Below, piece by piece: positions 21,789 through 32,465 of a stretch of 37,671 nt of DNA. Both the position numbers and the translations under genes were made by a program. Numbering within the stretch: the first letter of the stretch is position 1; every line of letters begins with the position of its first letter. The notes under the pieces were generated by a model that was not told the origin of the DNA, did not search any database, and saw nothing but the letters and a program-made list of their open reading frames with translations. Location: positions 1 through 37,671 of the forward strand of contig NW_027191522.1 of NCBI RefSeq assembly GCF_011745625.1, given 5' to 3'. The DNA comes from Cladosporium halotolerans (lineage: Eukaryota).

Positions 21789-23282
21789 ATGTTCGTCAAA
21801 GCCGCCGCTATCAGTACTCTGCTGAGCTTCGCCAGCGCTCAGGCATGGCGAGGTCTACCGGGTAGTCTCTACGGGCCTTCGGAGCCATGGGGATTCGCAC
21901 CGGAGGCAAGCTGGCCGCCCACGGATCTTGGAAAGGAAATCCAGCCTCAGAGGCCGGACAAATTGACTCGCGATATTGTCGCCCAGGTCGACCAGAAGCG
22001 CGTTGAGGACACCGTAACCAAGCTTGCGGACTTCGGAACAAGGCACACGCTTTCGATTCAGAACTCCAGCACACGCGGCATCGGCGCGGCCAGGGACTGG
22101 ATCTACAAGGAGATGCAAGGCTACGCTGCTGAGTCCGGTGGTAACATGGACGTATACTTCAACTCTTACATCCAGCCGGTGGCAAGCAGGATCTTGTTCC
22201 CTGTCAACATCACCAACGTGGTGGCCCAGGTCAACGGCACTACTGACCCGAACAGAGTTTACGTCGTGACAGGCCACTATGACAGCCGTCGCCTTGACGT
22301 AAACGACTACACTGGTGACGCCCCTGGTGCGGACGATGATGCTTCCGGAGTCGCTGTGGTGATGGAGATGGCCCGCATTTGCGCCAAGCTCAAGCCCAGA
22401 GCCACCATGATCTTCGCCGCAGTCGCCGGCGAGGAGCAAGGCCTCTACGGATCAGACAACCTCGCAAAGACCCTCAAGCAGCAAGGCTACAACGTCGAAG
22501 GCAACTGGAACAACGACATCGTCGGCAGCGGCTCCTTCCAACCCTTCAGCCCCATCAACGACTACACGATCCGCCTCTTCGGCGCCAGCATCCTATACCC
22601 CAACGCCTCGACCGCCGCCGAAGACCGACAAATCGGCATCATCGGCGGCGAAAACGACTCCCCCGCGCGCAACCTGGGCCGCTTCATCGCCGAGGTCGCC
22701 GCAGGCGCCTCCAAAGACCTCGACATGCAGGTCGCCCTCATCTACCGGCCGGACCGCTACCTGCGCGGCGGCGACCACCAGTCCTTCATCGAGCAGGGCT
22801 TCCCCGCCGTGCGCTTCACCGAGGCTGTGGAGGACTACAAGCACCAGCACCAGAACGTGCGGCTCGACAACGGCACGCAGTACGGTGACACGGTCGAGTT
22901 CGTCGACTTTGACTACACCTCGCGCGTCGCCAAGACGAACCTGGCGACCATGTGGGCGGCGGCCAACGCGCCGGCTATGCCGAGGAACGTCACGATCTCG
23001 CAGCAGATTGGTATCCCGGCTGCGGATGAGGACACGCCGCTGGAGATCGTGAACAATTTGAGCGCTTTCTCGTGGGTCACCGGTGGTGATCCGCTGGTTG
23101 CTGGGTATGAGCTCGTTTGGAGGGTCAGTGGTGCTCTGCAATGGAGCCACGCGCTCGATGTGGGCAACGTGGGCAATGTCACAGTTGATCTGCCCAAGGA
23201 TGTGATGCAGTTCGGTATCCGGGCTGTTGGCAGGGATGGCAAAAAGAGTCCGGCTGTGTTCCCTCTGCCGGGAAGCCGTTAA
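21789..23282 (+). CDS. Secreted M28-family zinc metallopeptidase, 497 aa
   Basis: Signal peptide MFVKAAAISTLLSFASA; Zn-ligand motifs GHYDS, GADDDASG, GEEQGLYGS, NNDIVG, GGDHQSF and HQH; beta-rich C-terminal domain. Confidence 0.92.
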   Translation: MFVKAAAISTLLSFASAQAWRGLPGSLYGPSEPWGFAPEASWPPTDLGKEIQPQRPDKLTRDIVAQVDQKRVEDTVTKLADFGTRHTLSIQNSSTRGIGAARDWIYKEMQGYAAESGGNMDVYFNSYIQPVASRILFPVNITNVVAQVNGTTDPNRVYVVTGHYDSRRLDVNDYTGDAPGADDDASGVAVVMEMARICAKLKPRATMIFAAVAGEEQGLYGSDNLAKTLKQQGYNVEGNWNNDIVGSGSFQPFSPINDYTIRLFGASILYPNASTAAEDRQIGIIGGENDSPARNLGRFIAEVAAGASKDLDMQVALIYRPDRYLRGGDHQSFIEQGFPAVRFTEAVEDYKHQHQNVRLDNGTQYGDTVEFVDFDYTSRVAKTNLATMWAAANAPAMPRNVTISQQIGIPAADEDTPLEIVNNLSAFSWVTGGDPLVAGYELVWRVSGALQWSHALDVGNVGNVTVDLPKDVMQFGIRAVGRDGKKSPAVFPLPGSR

Positions 23283-23531
23283 AGGGGTGAGCATGTTTAG
23301 AGTATTCGCTCTCGCTGGAGTTGGATCGATTGACTGGCATGGAGGCGACGGTAGATCGACAAAAGTAACCAGCAACGGTGAGAAATAGTACATTTGCGAT
23401 GACCTCACGTCACTTGTGTTTCAAAACGAGCGCATGCACATCGCTCTTAGAACGAGGTGATGGAAACTCTTGCATTGAGGATCTATCTAATAAGTTTCAA
23501 GAAATCCTGCTTTTGTTTTTGGCGGGCCAGT

Positions 23532-25229
23532 CTACCTCTTATACGCAACAGCGTGATCCAAGATAAACTGAATGCCCTCCTTGCGCCAAGTGTCGTCCTC
23601 GTTGAACGCATTGCCAGTGACGTTGGTGTCGAAGACAATGTTCTGCGGCTCGGAGTTGGAGTATACAGGCCACTCGGGCGTGGATGAGTTCCTGCCCTTG
23701 TAACCGTTCGGGTCCAAGTCGTGAATGAACGAGGCCCAGCTGGTGCTCATCAGGAAGCCGAGGTCCTGGTAGGACTGAGATTTGTTCGCGTACGGGTTGA
23801 CGGTACCCCAGAGCGGGCCATAGCCCAGACCCTGGGTGTTGTCGAAGACGAAAGCGACTTCTTGAAAGTGCGTGACGCCGGTCGTGAAGGGAATGCCGTT
23901 GGGGATGGTGTTGAAGCGGTAGCTCCAGGCGTCAACGCCGTTCGCGGTCCAAGTCTCGCATGCACCGCGGCGGTTCGCATTCATCAGAGCATCGCCCCAG
24001 TAGGCTGCGCTGCGGCGGTATTGAGCTTGGCCAGGGTATGTGTAGTTGCCGATCTCCTCAACGGGCGGCACCCAGTAGTCGGGCGTGTTGGGGTAAGCCT
24101 CCAGCGCTTCCGGAACGAAATGCTCTGGCAAGATCACGGAACTCTCTGGGTCAGTGAGGGTCTCCGCAAAGTCCTGCTCGGTGTCGATGCCGCGAGGGCC
24201 AAAGGCGGTGCCCTCGTCAGTGTTTGCACCAGAAATGATAGGAACCTTGACAAAGTCGCCCTCTTCGAGCTGGAGACTTCCCCATCGTTGGACGAAGTCG
24301 CCATCGACAATGACGTTCCAGTTGCCGCCTTCGGTCGAATTGAAGAAGTTGTTGACTTGCTCGTATGGAGCATAGCGAAGGCAGTCAAGAGTATCAGTGG
24401 CATTGCCGCAGCCGGTTGAATTTACCAATGCATCGTAGCCGGGCTGGTAATCAATCTCGGAGCGATAGCTGTTGTAGGCGACAGGATTGCCTGACTGCAT
24501 GATGCCTGCTCTGAAAAGTCCATCGTCGCGGCCGTTGTATGCAAGTAGGTGCCAGCCGACGGAAGCGGCGCCAGCAGACTCTCCCCAAATGGTGACCTTG
24601 GTTGGGTCGCCACCAAAGGCACCAATATTCTCTTGTACCCAGTGAAGGGCAAGGCGCTGATCTCTAAGAGCAATGTTGGTGTTGCCGCTGCCAGTGACCT
24701 GCTCAGAAGCCAGCAGACCCCAGCCCTGGAGGCGGTAATTGATGGAAACGCCAATGAAAGGCTTGCCGATCTTCACACCATTCTCGACAATGAAAGAGAG
24801 GTTGTAGCGAGCATCACGGCTGCCACCCATGCGGAGGCCGCCACCGTGAATCCACAGGCCAATGGGCAGCTCTTGGTCTTCGTAGCCAGAAGGTCGGACC
24901 ACGTTCAGGTACAGGCAGTCTTCCGAAACGGGGTAGCCGAGCTGGTCACCGCCATAACCGACGCAAGAGGACGCGTACTCGGTGGCCTCGTAAGTGCTGT
25001 TGTAGGTGGTGTTCAAAGATTGCGGGTTGCGGAATCGAAGACCGTTTACCGGAGGCTGGGCGTATGGAATGCCCAGGAAGTAGTCCTCATTGTAGGTAGA
25101 CGAATGAATGCCAGAGATGGTGCCGTTCTTCACGTCGACAGTAGGAGCGCCGCCCCCATAAGATGCTTGACGACGGTAGCTGGGAGCCGCACTGGCAGCT
25201 GCCAGCAGACTCGCAAAGATGGTGAGCAT
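23532..25229 (-). CDS. Secreted type-B carboxylesterase/lipase (alpha/beta hydrolase), 565 aa
   Basis: Signal peptide MLTIFASLLAAASA from ATG 25229; motifs FLGIPYAQPP, SEDCLYLNV, HGGG and nucleophile GESAG, with acid NTDEG and His in THFQE. The ORF track's longer N-terminus comes from a TTG start. Confidence 0.94.
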   Translation of the reverse strand: MLTIFASLLAAASAAPSYRRQASYGGGAPTVDVKNGTISGIHSSTYNEDYFLGIPYAQPPVNGLRFRNPQSLNTTYNSTYEATEYASSCVGYGGDQLGYPVSEDCLYLNVVRPSGYEDQELPIGLWIHGGGLRMGGSRDARYNLSFIVENGVKIGKPFIGVSINYRLQGWGLLASEQVTGSGNTNIALRDQRLALHWVQENIGAFGGDPTKVTIWGESAGAASVGWHLLAYNGRDDGLFRAGIMQSGNPVAYNSYRSEIDYQPGYDALVNSTGCGNATDTLDCLRYAPYEQVNNFFNSTEGGNWNVIVDGDFVQRWGSLQLEEGDFVKVPIISGANTDEGTAFGPRGIDTEQDFAETLTDPESSVILPEHFVPEALEAYPNTPDYWVPPVEEIGNYTYPGQAQYRRSAAYWGDALMNANRRGACETWTANGVDAWSYRFNTIPNGIPFTTGVTHFQEVAFVFDNTQGLGYGPLWGTVNPYANKSQSYQDLGFLMSTSWASFIHDLDPNGYKGRNSSTPEWPVYSNSEPQNIVFDTNVTGNAFNEDDTWRKEGIQFILDHAVAYKR

Positions 25230-25297
25230 GTTGGGAAGGGAGCAGGCGGGCTGAGAAGGCGTGGACAAGTCTGTAGAAGCAGGCTGTCTGTCCTTTC

Positions 25298-25304
25298 TTA
25301 TATA
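25298..25304 (-). promoter_or_regulatory. TATA box of the carboxylesterase gene
   Basis: TATATAA on the minus strand, about 70 nt upstream of the ATG and followed by a CT-rich leader. Confidence 0.55.
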
Positions 25305-26748
25305 ACAACCATGCTGGCGTAAGAGTGTGGATGTCGACACCGAGGGGCGCGGGCCGTGAACGTCATCGCGAGGGGGCCAGTAGCCGAGGACGGCTGGTGT
25401 AATGGATGATCTGCCGAAAACCGTCAAGCTTTCCCACCGTTGAGAGTCATGGGACTGACGAAGACAGAGTCTACCCCGTGCATGGACGATCTTGGGCAGG
25501 GTTTGGAGATTGTTGTGCGGGGCATGTGCGGAGAATTGCAGCGTGGTCGTTTCGGTCATGCCCCGTTTTCTCCGCTTGCAAACCTGCAACGCGATTCAAG
25601 ACGCCAGCCACGTTGCGTCTTAGCGTGCAAGAAGATTTCTTGGCTGCTATATGAGGGAATTATCGACCGCATGCATAGGCTAAAGCTTTACCCACAAGGT
25701 GTGGGTTGCTCTGGCCTCGCATTGTGTGTTGGCAAACGGCTCGTGGATCACGCGTTCCTGGGAGACGTCGAGCGAATGAAATTTGCCAGAAGGGAATTAC
25801 GTTGCAAAATAAGCTTGTTCATCCTTCCAAGCAAAGCCCTACTTCGCAATGACCACACTTTAGTTTATGTCGCCAGTGTAAACATTTGAGCGGCAAGCAA
25901 ATTCCCTGACAGCTAAATCGCTTGCTGTAGCAAAGGAAACCTATGGAAAGCACCGAGGGAAGCCTTCAACAACATTTTTTTCCATTGAACTCGCTCCAAG
26001 ATATGCGGAAATGTATTGATAGTTACCAAGACGGATCAGATAATTGAGGATTGTCCAGACTGTTCTGATTGTAATCTACCGTTGGCAAATGTCGCTTCTA
26101 CTGGGTTTTTTGGGCAGACCATCGCATACCAAAGTCAAAAGAGCAGGAGGGTAGCGATGCCGGTCCATTTGAACAAATACGGGTATACTTTGCCCCTGGC
26201 ACAAATTTTTGAGAACGGAGTTGAGTCCCGCAGTATGGTAAAAGCTAGAGTCAGAAACCACAGAGGTTTACAAATATAGATCAATCAAGAGGAAAACAGG
26301 GTGGATTATATCTACGACCGGCCCGTTAGGCACTACAAATCCACGGTGCGATCATTCACTGCCAAGTTTAAGCATTCAGCTTATCGCTGACCAAAGGAAC
26401 AAGGGCCGGATATGGCGTTATGACCACATCGACGAGAGCATTATGCCCAAAGCGAAGGACGACAAAGGCAAGCACTGATCGGTCATCAGTCTTCAATGAG
26501 CCACAAATAACCATTGAACCATTTGGATCTAGGGCGTATACTTTCGGGTCTTACGCATGAACTCGCGCGGCGCCACGGCGTTCGTTGCCGAGTGGTATGT
26601 GTAACATTTTGCAGAAAGATACCAATATCTCATCTAGAAGGGGCGATGATGAGTAAACGGACGATGACATAGACTCTATAAGAACAATGATGCGCCGTGT
26701 GTCTCACGCGTAATAGAAATGTCATGTACAATTTTGGTTGATCTACGT

Positions 26749-26861
26749 CAAAAAGTGATGTACTTGACAAAGCGTGCGAGGGGATTCGAACCATCGAACA
26801 CGGCGCGCACAAAAAGTGACGGAACCGTTACTACCCGCCTTTGGAGAGTAGTAACGGTTCC
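26749..26861 (-). other. tRNA-type B-box cassette flanked by 10-bp direct repeats, next to a perfect 14-bp hairpin
   Basis: GGTTCGAATCC on the minus strand (26782-26792); CAAAAAGTGA at 26749-26758 and 26810-26819; stem GGAACCGTTACTAC (26821-26834)/GTAGTAACGGTTCC (26848-26861). Confidence 0.6.
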
Positions 26862-27193
26862 TGAGGTAATGACCCTCTCGACGTTACATATAGGTACTCA
26901 TTAATCCTCTAACCCCCAATCTGCTGCTGCGAGGTGTGTCAGGTGACCAGGGGTCGGCTGGTGGCGACAATGACCACGGATTCACCTATTACCGTCACCA
27001 TCGGCTTGATACAGGCACTACAGAGATGCTTGAAGAGAGATTGTTACGGAACAGAGGAGGGCGAGATCAGCTTGGATTGTATGGGTCTATCTAATACACA
27101 GCTACACAACGGTTCTGCAAGGTTCGATGAAACAGAGGTTGTGGCCTTCTCCAGATTGAGACGCGAGACGCTCTCCATGTACTCGAGGTGGTC

Positions 27194-27612
27194 CGCTCGC
27201 CAGACAAAAAGAGGAGCGTGCCAGCGTGCGGTTCATCATCCGAAGGGTCTTCATCCCTCAGTTCGAACTCCACGCTGGCACGCTCCTCCTCTTCCGGACG
27301 AGCGCTATTGTTGCTCTTCACTTGCGAAGAGCCGGCACTCTCCGAAGTGAAGAGCAACAGGGTGACCGCCTCCTCCAGCCCCTCCGCATCACCCTGCATT
27401 CCGCGGCAGCGCACGGTAGGTGGAGGGTTTGTGTGAGGAAGTTATGGGCTGGTGTTGCTGCTCCGGCTCCATGATGACCACCGACCACAGAAGCGATAAC
27501 TTCTGCGATGGTGGCCACCACTTTGCCAGGAGCGGTGCCACAATCACCTCCACCACGCTGGCCGCCGGGGCGACCAGCCCTTCCACCAACCGTGCGTCCG
27601 GCTGCAACGGAA
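27194..27612 (-). ncRNA. Highly base-paired RNA domain (three long hairpins); candidate structured ncRNA or small-RNA precursor
   Basis: Perfect 18-bp stem 27211-27228/27271-27288, perfect 15-bp stem 27309-27323/27345-27359, and near-perfect 18/19-bp stem 27410-27427/27578-27596 with outer pairing out to 27399/27612. The inverted repeats are certain; RNA function and strand are inferred. Confidence 0.5.
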
Positions 27613-28448
27613 CGCTCCAGTCCCTTGTTGGGGGGCCCAGAAGACTAAAAGAATAACGAAGTCAGTGTCTGATCGGAGTAGCAAGGTTGGAGCGAGATAT
27701 TGGGACTCACCAATGCGTCCAGGGTGAGGCGGGCTGCCATGGAACCGTTCCTACTCTCCACTTGGATGTCGATCTATTCAGCGGCGGCTTCCAGGGCCTT
27801 GGTGGCCGCCGGCGGAAGGCAGATCGCGATGAGAGGCATGCTGGGCCAAACGGCAATGTCTTTGCAACTTGTGACGCTTTTGACGAAGTGAACTGCGAGA
27901 CTCAGTCAGTATGTGGACGAATCAGGACAGGGAGGGTTGAGAGAGGATGCGTACCGTCGGGCGCGCCGCCGAAGCGATGTGCATGATGAGCAGCAAGGTC
28001 TGCTGATGGGGTGTAGACACGCTTATGATGTGGATGACGATAATGCTTGATGCTTTGGTACGCTGTGTATGGATGGCGGCCGTCTTGGTCGTTGTGTGCT
28101 CGATGACGGTATGAGCAGGCGATCGGCGGCTGGCGTCGCTGATGGAGCTCCGCTCGGGATCACTGACGTTGTGAGTGAGCAAGCGTTGTCGAGGTGGAGG
28201 TGTGAGAATACTTACCGTAGCCTCTGCAGGAGATGCCACGTTCGTGCAGTGTCGTGCGTGGTGACTTGTCGTTCACTGCAAGGAAGCTGCTGGTGAGCCA
28301 CGCTGAGTGGAAGTGAGGTCCTTGGTCTTGCTTCTGCGGCCGTCAAGTGACGAGACCGCGACGATGCTCTGCAGTGGGAGTGTGTTTGTGTGAGCATGGT
28401 GTGCAGTGTGGTGTTGTTGTTGTTGTTGTTGTAGATGTGTGTGATCAT
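27389..28448 (-). CDS. Four-exon orphan gene model (292-aa ORF, or a spliced lncRNA)
   Basis: Exons 28448-28216, 28162-27955, 27892-27711 and 27644-27389; introns 28215-28163 (GTAAGT..CTCAC..CAG), 27954-27893 (GTACGC..CTGAC..CAG) and 27710-27645 (GTGAGT..CTGAC..TAG). The frame stays open across all three junctions (879 nt). Confidence 0.5.
28413..28430. repeat. (GTT)6 microsatellite
   Basis: Directly visible; it would encode poly-Asn near the N-terminus of the four-exon ORF. Confidence 0.85.
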
Positions 28449-29160
28449 GGTGAGTGAGTGAGTGAAGAGGTTGGGGAGAGAGGAAGAGAAAGAGAAGAAG
28501 CGGAGGCGGTGGAATTAAAGCAGGCAGCCGCCAAGACGCTTGCCTTCCTCGTGACATGTGGAAGGAGCTTCACAAGCCTGTGACGGGTGAAGCAGTGTGA
28601 GGCCAGGCCAGATCTACAAGTGAGGCTTACTGGTCGAGAGACTATTCGTGCATTGCCCTGCCCTTCTGAGCAACCGTGAGCCATGCGAGGGACCTCTTCA
28701 ATGTAACGACCTCTGTGTTGAGCAGGGGGCCTTGATGGAGCTCTGAGGGATAGCCGGTGGCCGCGGCGGTCAGTGTTGAAGGGCAGCTTGGCCTACCCTA
28801 GTCACCACATGGGCGCGTTTCTCTGACTGCCGACGCGACGCAACACTACCCTTGGGCAACCCACGTTTTTTATCATCATAGGATCTTCCTACAATTAGAT
28901 AGAGCGTCTCAAACACTCTGACTTCCTCATGGAGCGTTGATTGTGTGATTCCTCGTTCCGGTCAAAGCTTATCCAGATATGAGCGTTCGCTCCTTTGACA
29001 GAGCACGTGAAACTAGTTCACGATCTCAGTTCCAGATCACAGGTAAATATCATTCTGATCGTAGATACAGCGAAAAACCTTTTTCGAAATCGCCATACCT
29101 CTTGTGCTCATCTCTGCCTTCATAACAACACGACAGCAATCCGTACCATCGACCGCAACC

Positions 29161-29322
29161 ATGCGCCCCATTATCATCCTCGCAGCAATCAACGTCCTCA
29201 TAGAATTCGCTCTCAGTAGTCCCATCGACGACTCCAGCAAGATCGACACGCTAAGCTGGATCGCAAGAGTCTTGAACGCAGTTTTGCTTCTCGGATTCCT
29301 GCGCGTGGTCCTCCGTCGTTGA
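29161..29322 (+). CDS. Candidate 53-aa secretory/membrane microprotein
   Basis: ACCATG start. MRPIIILAAINVLIEFALS-SPI resembles a fungal signal peptide, and the C-terminal hydrophobic helix LSWIARVLNAVLLLGFLRVVL ends in RR. Confidence 0.35.
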   Translation: MRPIIILAAINVLIEFALSSPIDDSSKIDTLSWIARVLNAVLLLGFLRVVLRR

Positions 29323-32300
29323 GGAACGCGCTCTGATCCTCGTATGAAGGCCGAACGGCCTCTCTAACAACAACATCTTCGAGACCTGCGTAAGTCCCAC
29401 CGGCCTCCCAAGAGAGGCCCCTGCCCGACGCGCCCGCCGAGCAGCCACCCGGCGCGTACAAGAATCACAAACGCCGCTATCATCAAACCCCCAGATACCG
29501 CATGAGTGTCAGGCTCGAGTCGGCCAAGGCCGGACTACAAGGCGAGACAATGGATAGACCGCAGCGTGCTAGAGAAGGCAAGACCTTAGCGACATGCTCG
29601 CAGATAAGAGCATGCCAGACACAGGGAAGCACAGCTCGCGGACGCTGCTCCAGTACGGCCTCAAGCCAGAGCTGAGACCGGAAGAGGAGATACCACCAGA
29701 GACCTGATTGCCTACCGCAGAAGGCAAAAAGAGAAGTTGACAGAGAAACCGATGCCTCCCAGAGAAGGCGATCATATTCACGGTCAAAAGCTGGGACAGT
29801 GTCTCCCATGGGAGACAATGTCAGCTCAGAACACGGCAAACGACTTCCAGGGAAGAAATTTGGCGCAGCGGATACTTGCAGCTATGACGATTGTCTTGAT
29901 CGCACAGCGGAGACTACCGAGAAGTCATACCAAGAAGCGACAGCCATGGCTAACACGGTTGGTGATCCGCAGGATTCGAAGAACAGTCACCATTCCAAGG
30001 CGACGAAGCGACAGCCAGAGCGTGTACAGCTCGCGCGCAGGGTCTCGGTGTCCGAAACACAAAATGACAGCCATGACAATCACAGCCGATCCTCCGTTCT
30101 GGGCCCAGCAGTGCTCATCGCTCGATGTCGGAACAAGTCCTATAAGGCGTCTGCCAAAGCATCCACCAGTTGCATACCTTGATCCTTCAGATCGAGCACC
30201 AGAACAGCAATCAGTCGCAGCCAAAAGGAGGTAGCGTGCTAGTAGATGTTGGATGTCGTGGAAGAGAGTGTGTTACAAAAGCTGTCTACAAACAAGAGAA
30301 GGTTGCAGCACCTAGCTTCGATAGTGAATGCAATCTTAGCTCGGCTAATGCTAGTTCGCAGCAAATTCCGCAGTCACAGTATGTTTGTCAAGATATCCGC
30401 GACATTGGCAGTGACTGTACCGTCGTCACATACAAGGACGGGCGAGAACCCATTTCAGCTCTCAAAAGAAGTGCATGTCGGCCGGGCGACGACCGTCGGC
30501 CTGAGGGACGTTCAGGACACTACCTAGGATTGGATGCTCTCGATCGGAATGCGGCCCGATACAACATGGCAACAGGAATGCAAGTTCGCGAGATTGCGAA
30601 GTCTCGCCCACACCGCACGTTTCCAGACTGTTCCCCACTGGCACCATCACAGACACGGGGATTGACTGACATCTCCAGTGCTGTGCTCGATGTCGTCACG
30701 CCAAAAGCTGTAGGCGGTTTTTGGCAATACAGGCGGATCACAATGTCCCCTATCTATGTGTAAGGAGCCAGTATAGCGATGAGCCAATCATCGTTCAAGC
30801 CATTCCGCACGACAGCAACCCTCTTTGGTAATCCTAGCAACCAATTGCAAGGCTGTAGAAGGCAATACCTGGAACCTCCCCCGTGAAGCTTCAAGACCAA
30901 AGCATGGTAACGGCAAGCCACATTACAACAAGCGCTCGGCTATTTTGCTTCAATCTCCGAGGAGCGGAGCAATTCTTTCGCTGCCCTCATTCTCAGGCCG
31001 CAGTGACCAGAGCTCGGAAGACACCATCGCCTCCATTAGCATTCACCCGAGAGCGGCACCGACGCAGACCACCTGTCCGATAGCGGAATGACAAGACAAG
31101 TCCATCTGCACAAAACCACCGATTCCTCCCCAAAGCATCGCCTGTCGCAACCCGCAACCCCATCCCCGAGGTCTGGGGTCATCACACCTCGGGCAGCCGC
31201 GGGCAGTCCTCCAAGCGCACGCACGCCTATCTCCCGTCTACTGAGATCTCCACGAAAAAGGAAAGACTCCACAAAGCCACTAACGCAGCACCTGCATTGC
31301 CGTTCCTGGCCGAGCGACTTGGAAAGATAAGATAGGGCAAGAAGGCAGAGATTACACGATTTCCCGACGTCTCGGCTTCGGACCGGGCCTTCACAAATAC
31401 CTTATTACAGAACCTAAATTTTCTTGCTGGAAGAGTGTGCGCGCTAGTGGTGGGCGGAGGAGATCTCGCGTGCGTCATGAGGTCTGCTGACCTGTGGTGG
31501 AGTAAGGCTGGTCTGGCCTGCTCTGGCTGCGGAGCGCAGTCGCGATGAGCCAGCATAGCGCAAGATGGAAGGGCGACGGCAGGTCCATCAGCCAAGTTGG
31601 CAGTGGGACAACGGCCTTCGTCAAATTTGCAGCAGCGAGACAACAATGACGAAAGCCAGAGACACGTCTTCATGACAACTGCACAGCTCCGACTCCCAAA
31701 CCCGCACGCGACCAGCCGCCCGCCCTCCAATCAGCGCATCACCAATCCCATCATCACCGTCGTCTCCTCCCATCCTCCTCCCATCACCAGCGCTCGCAGA
31801 TAGCCCGTCCTCCGGCCGCCTCCCCCAAAATCGACCGCTGAGCGCCCGAACGCGATCTTCAAAGCCCTTCCCCACCAACACCAGCAGCGCCAACGTCGTC
31901 CGACAATAGCCGCCTGGACTTTGAGTTTCCCTTACAGCAGCAAATCGCCCCCCGACCCCACAAGGCTGGCGCGCAGGGCTCCACTGGCTTCAAAGCCGCT
32001 CGGCTTTTCTGTGCAGGGAGGCTGCGCGCTAACGGGTTCTAGTGCGTGCGGATTTGAGGGCTCTGGGAGCTTGAGGGGACGTCGGGTCGTGGATGGTGAA
32101 GGGGAAATGGAGAGGGAGGGTGTGTGGGAAATACGAGTGGTTTTGAAATGTTCATTCGTAATTGGTTGTTATATAATAATGTGTGACGTGTATGGAAATT
32201 GCGCCGGCAGATTCTCTGCTGCTCGTGGTAAGAAATGCACCCATGCCTGTACAGTTTGAGGAAAAAGAAAAGCCCCGTCCATCCAACCGTGCTGAAAATT

Positions 32301-32465
32301 GCTCGCTAAATCCCCAATGGTGATGTCAAAAGATTCGTGTCAAAATGTCATATCCCGCAGCAGCAGCAGCTGCTGCGCGGCCCCTTCGTAGATGATCATG
32401 CTCTCCAAGAACGCCGTCGCTGTAACCAATCAATCGCGTCTCAAACAACAAAACACCATCGACAC

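Noticed and set aside
26016..26390. ORF that continues in frame past a TAG at 26277-26279 (possible RIP-type pseudogene)
   Set aside because: No recognisable domain, no good ATG and no independent evidence of RIP.
26772..26812. Complete tRNA gene
   Set aside because: Only a T-loop/B-box is present. No D-arm, A-box or anticodon arm can be built.
29483..30763. Chain of overlapping plus-strand ORFs (127-197 aa)
   Set aside because: Non-ATG starts, frame changes without splice signals and no motif, so I cannot support a gene or pseudogene call.
31597..32260. Gene-like C-rich to G-rich segment downstream of PRODH
   Set aside because: All plus-strand frames are interrupted by stops and no coherent splice model was found.
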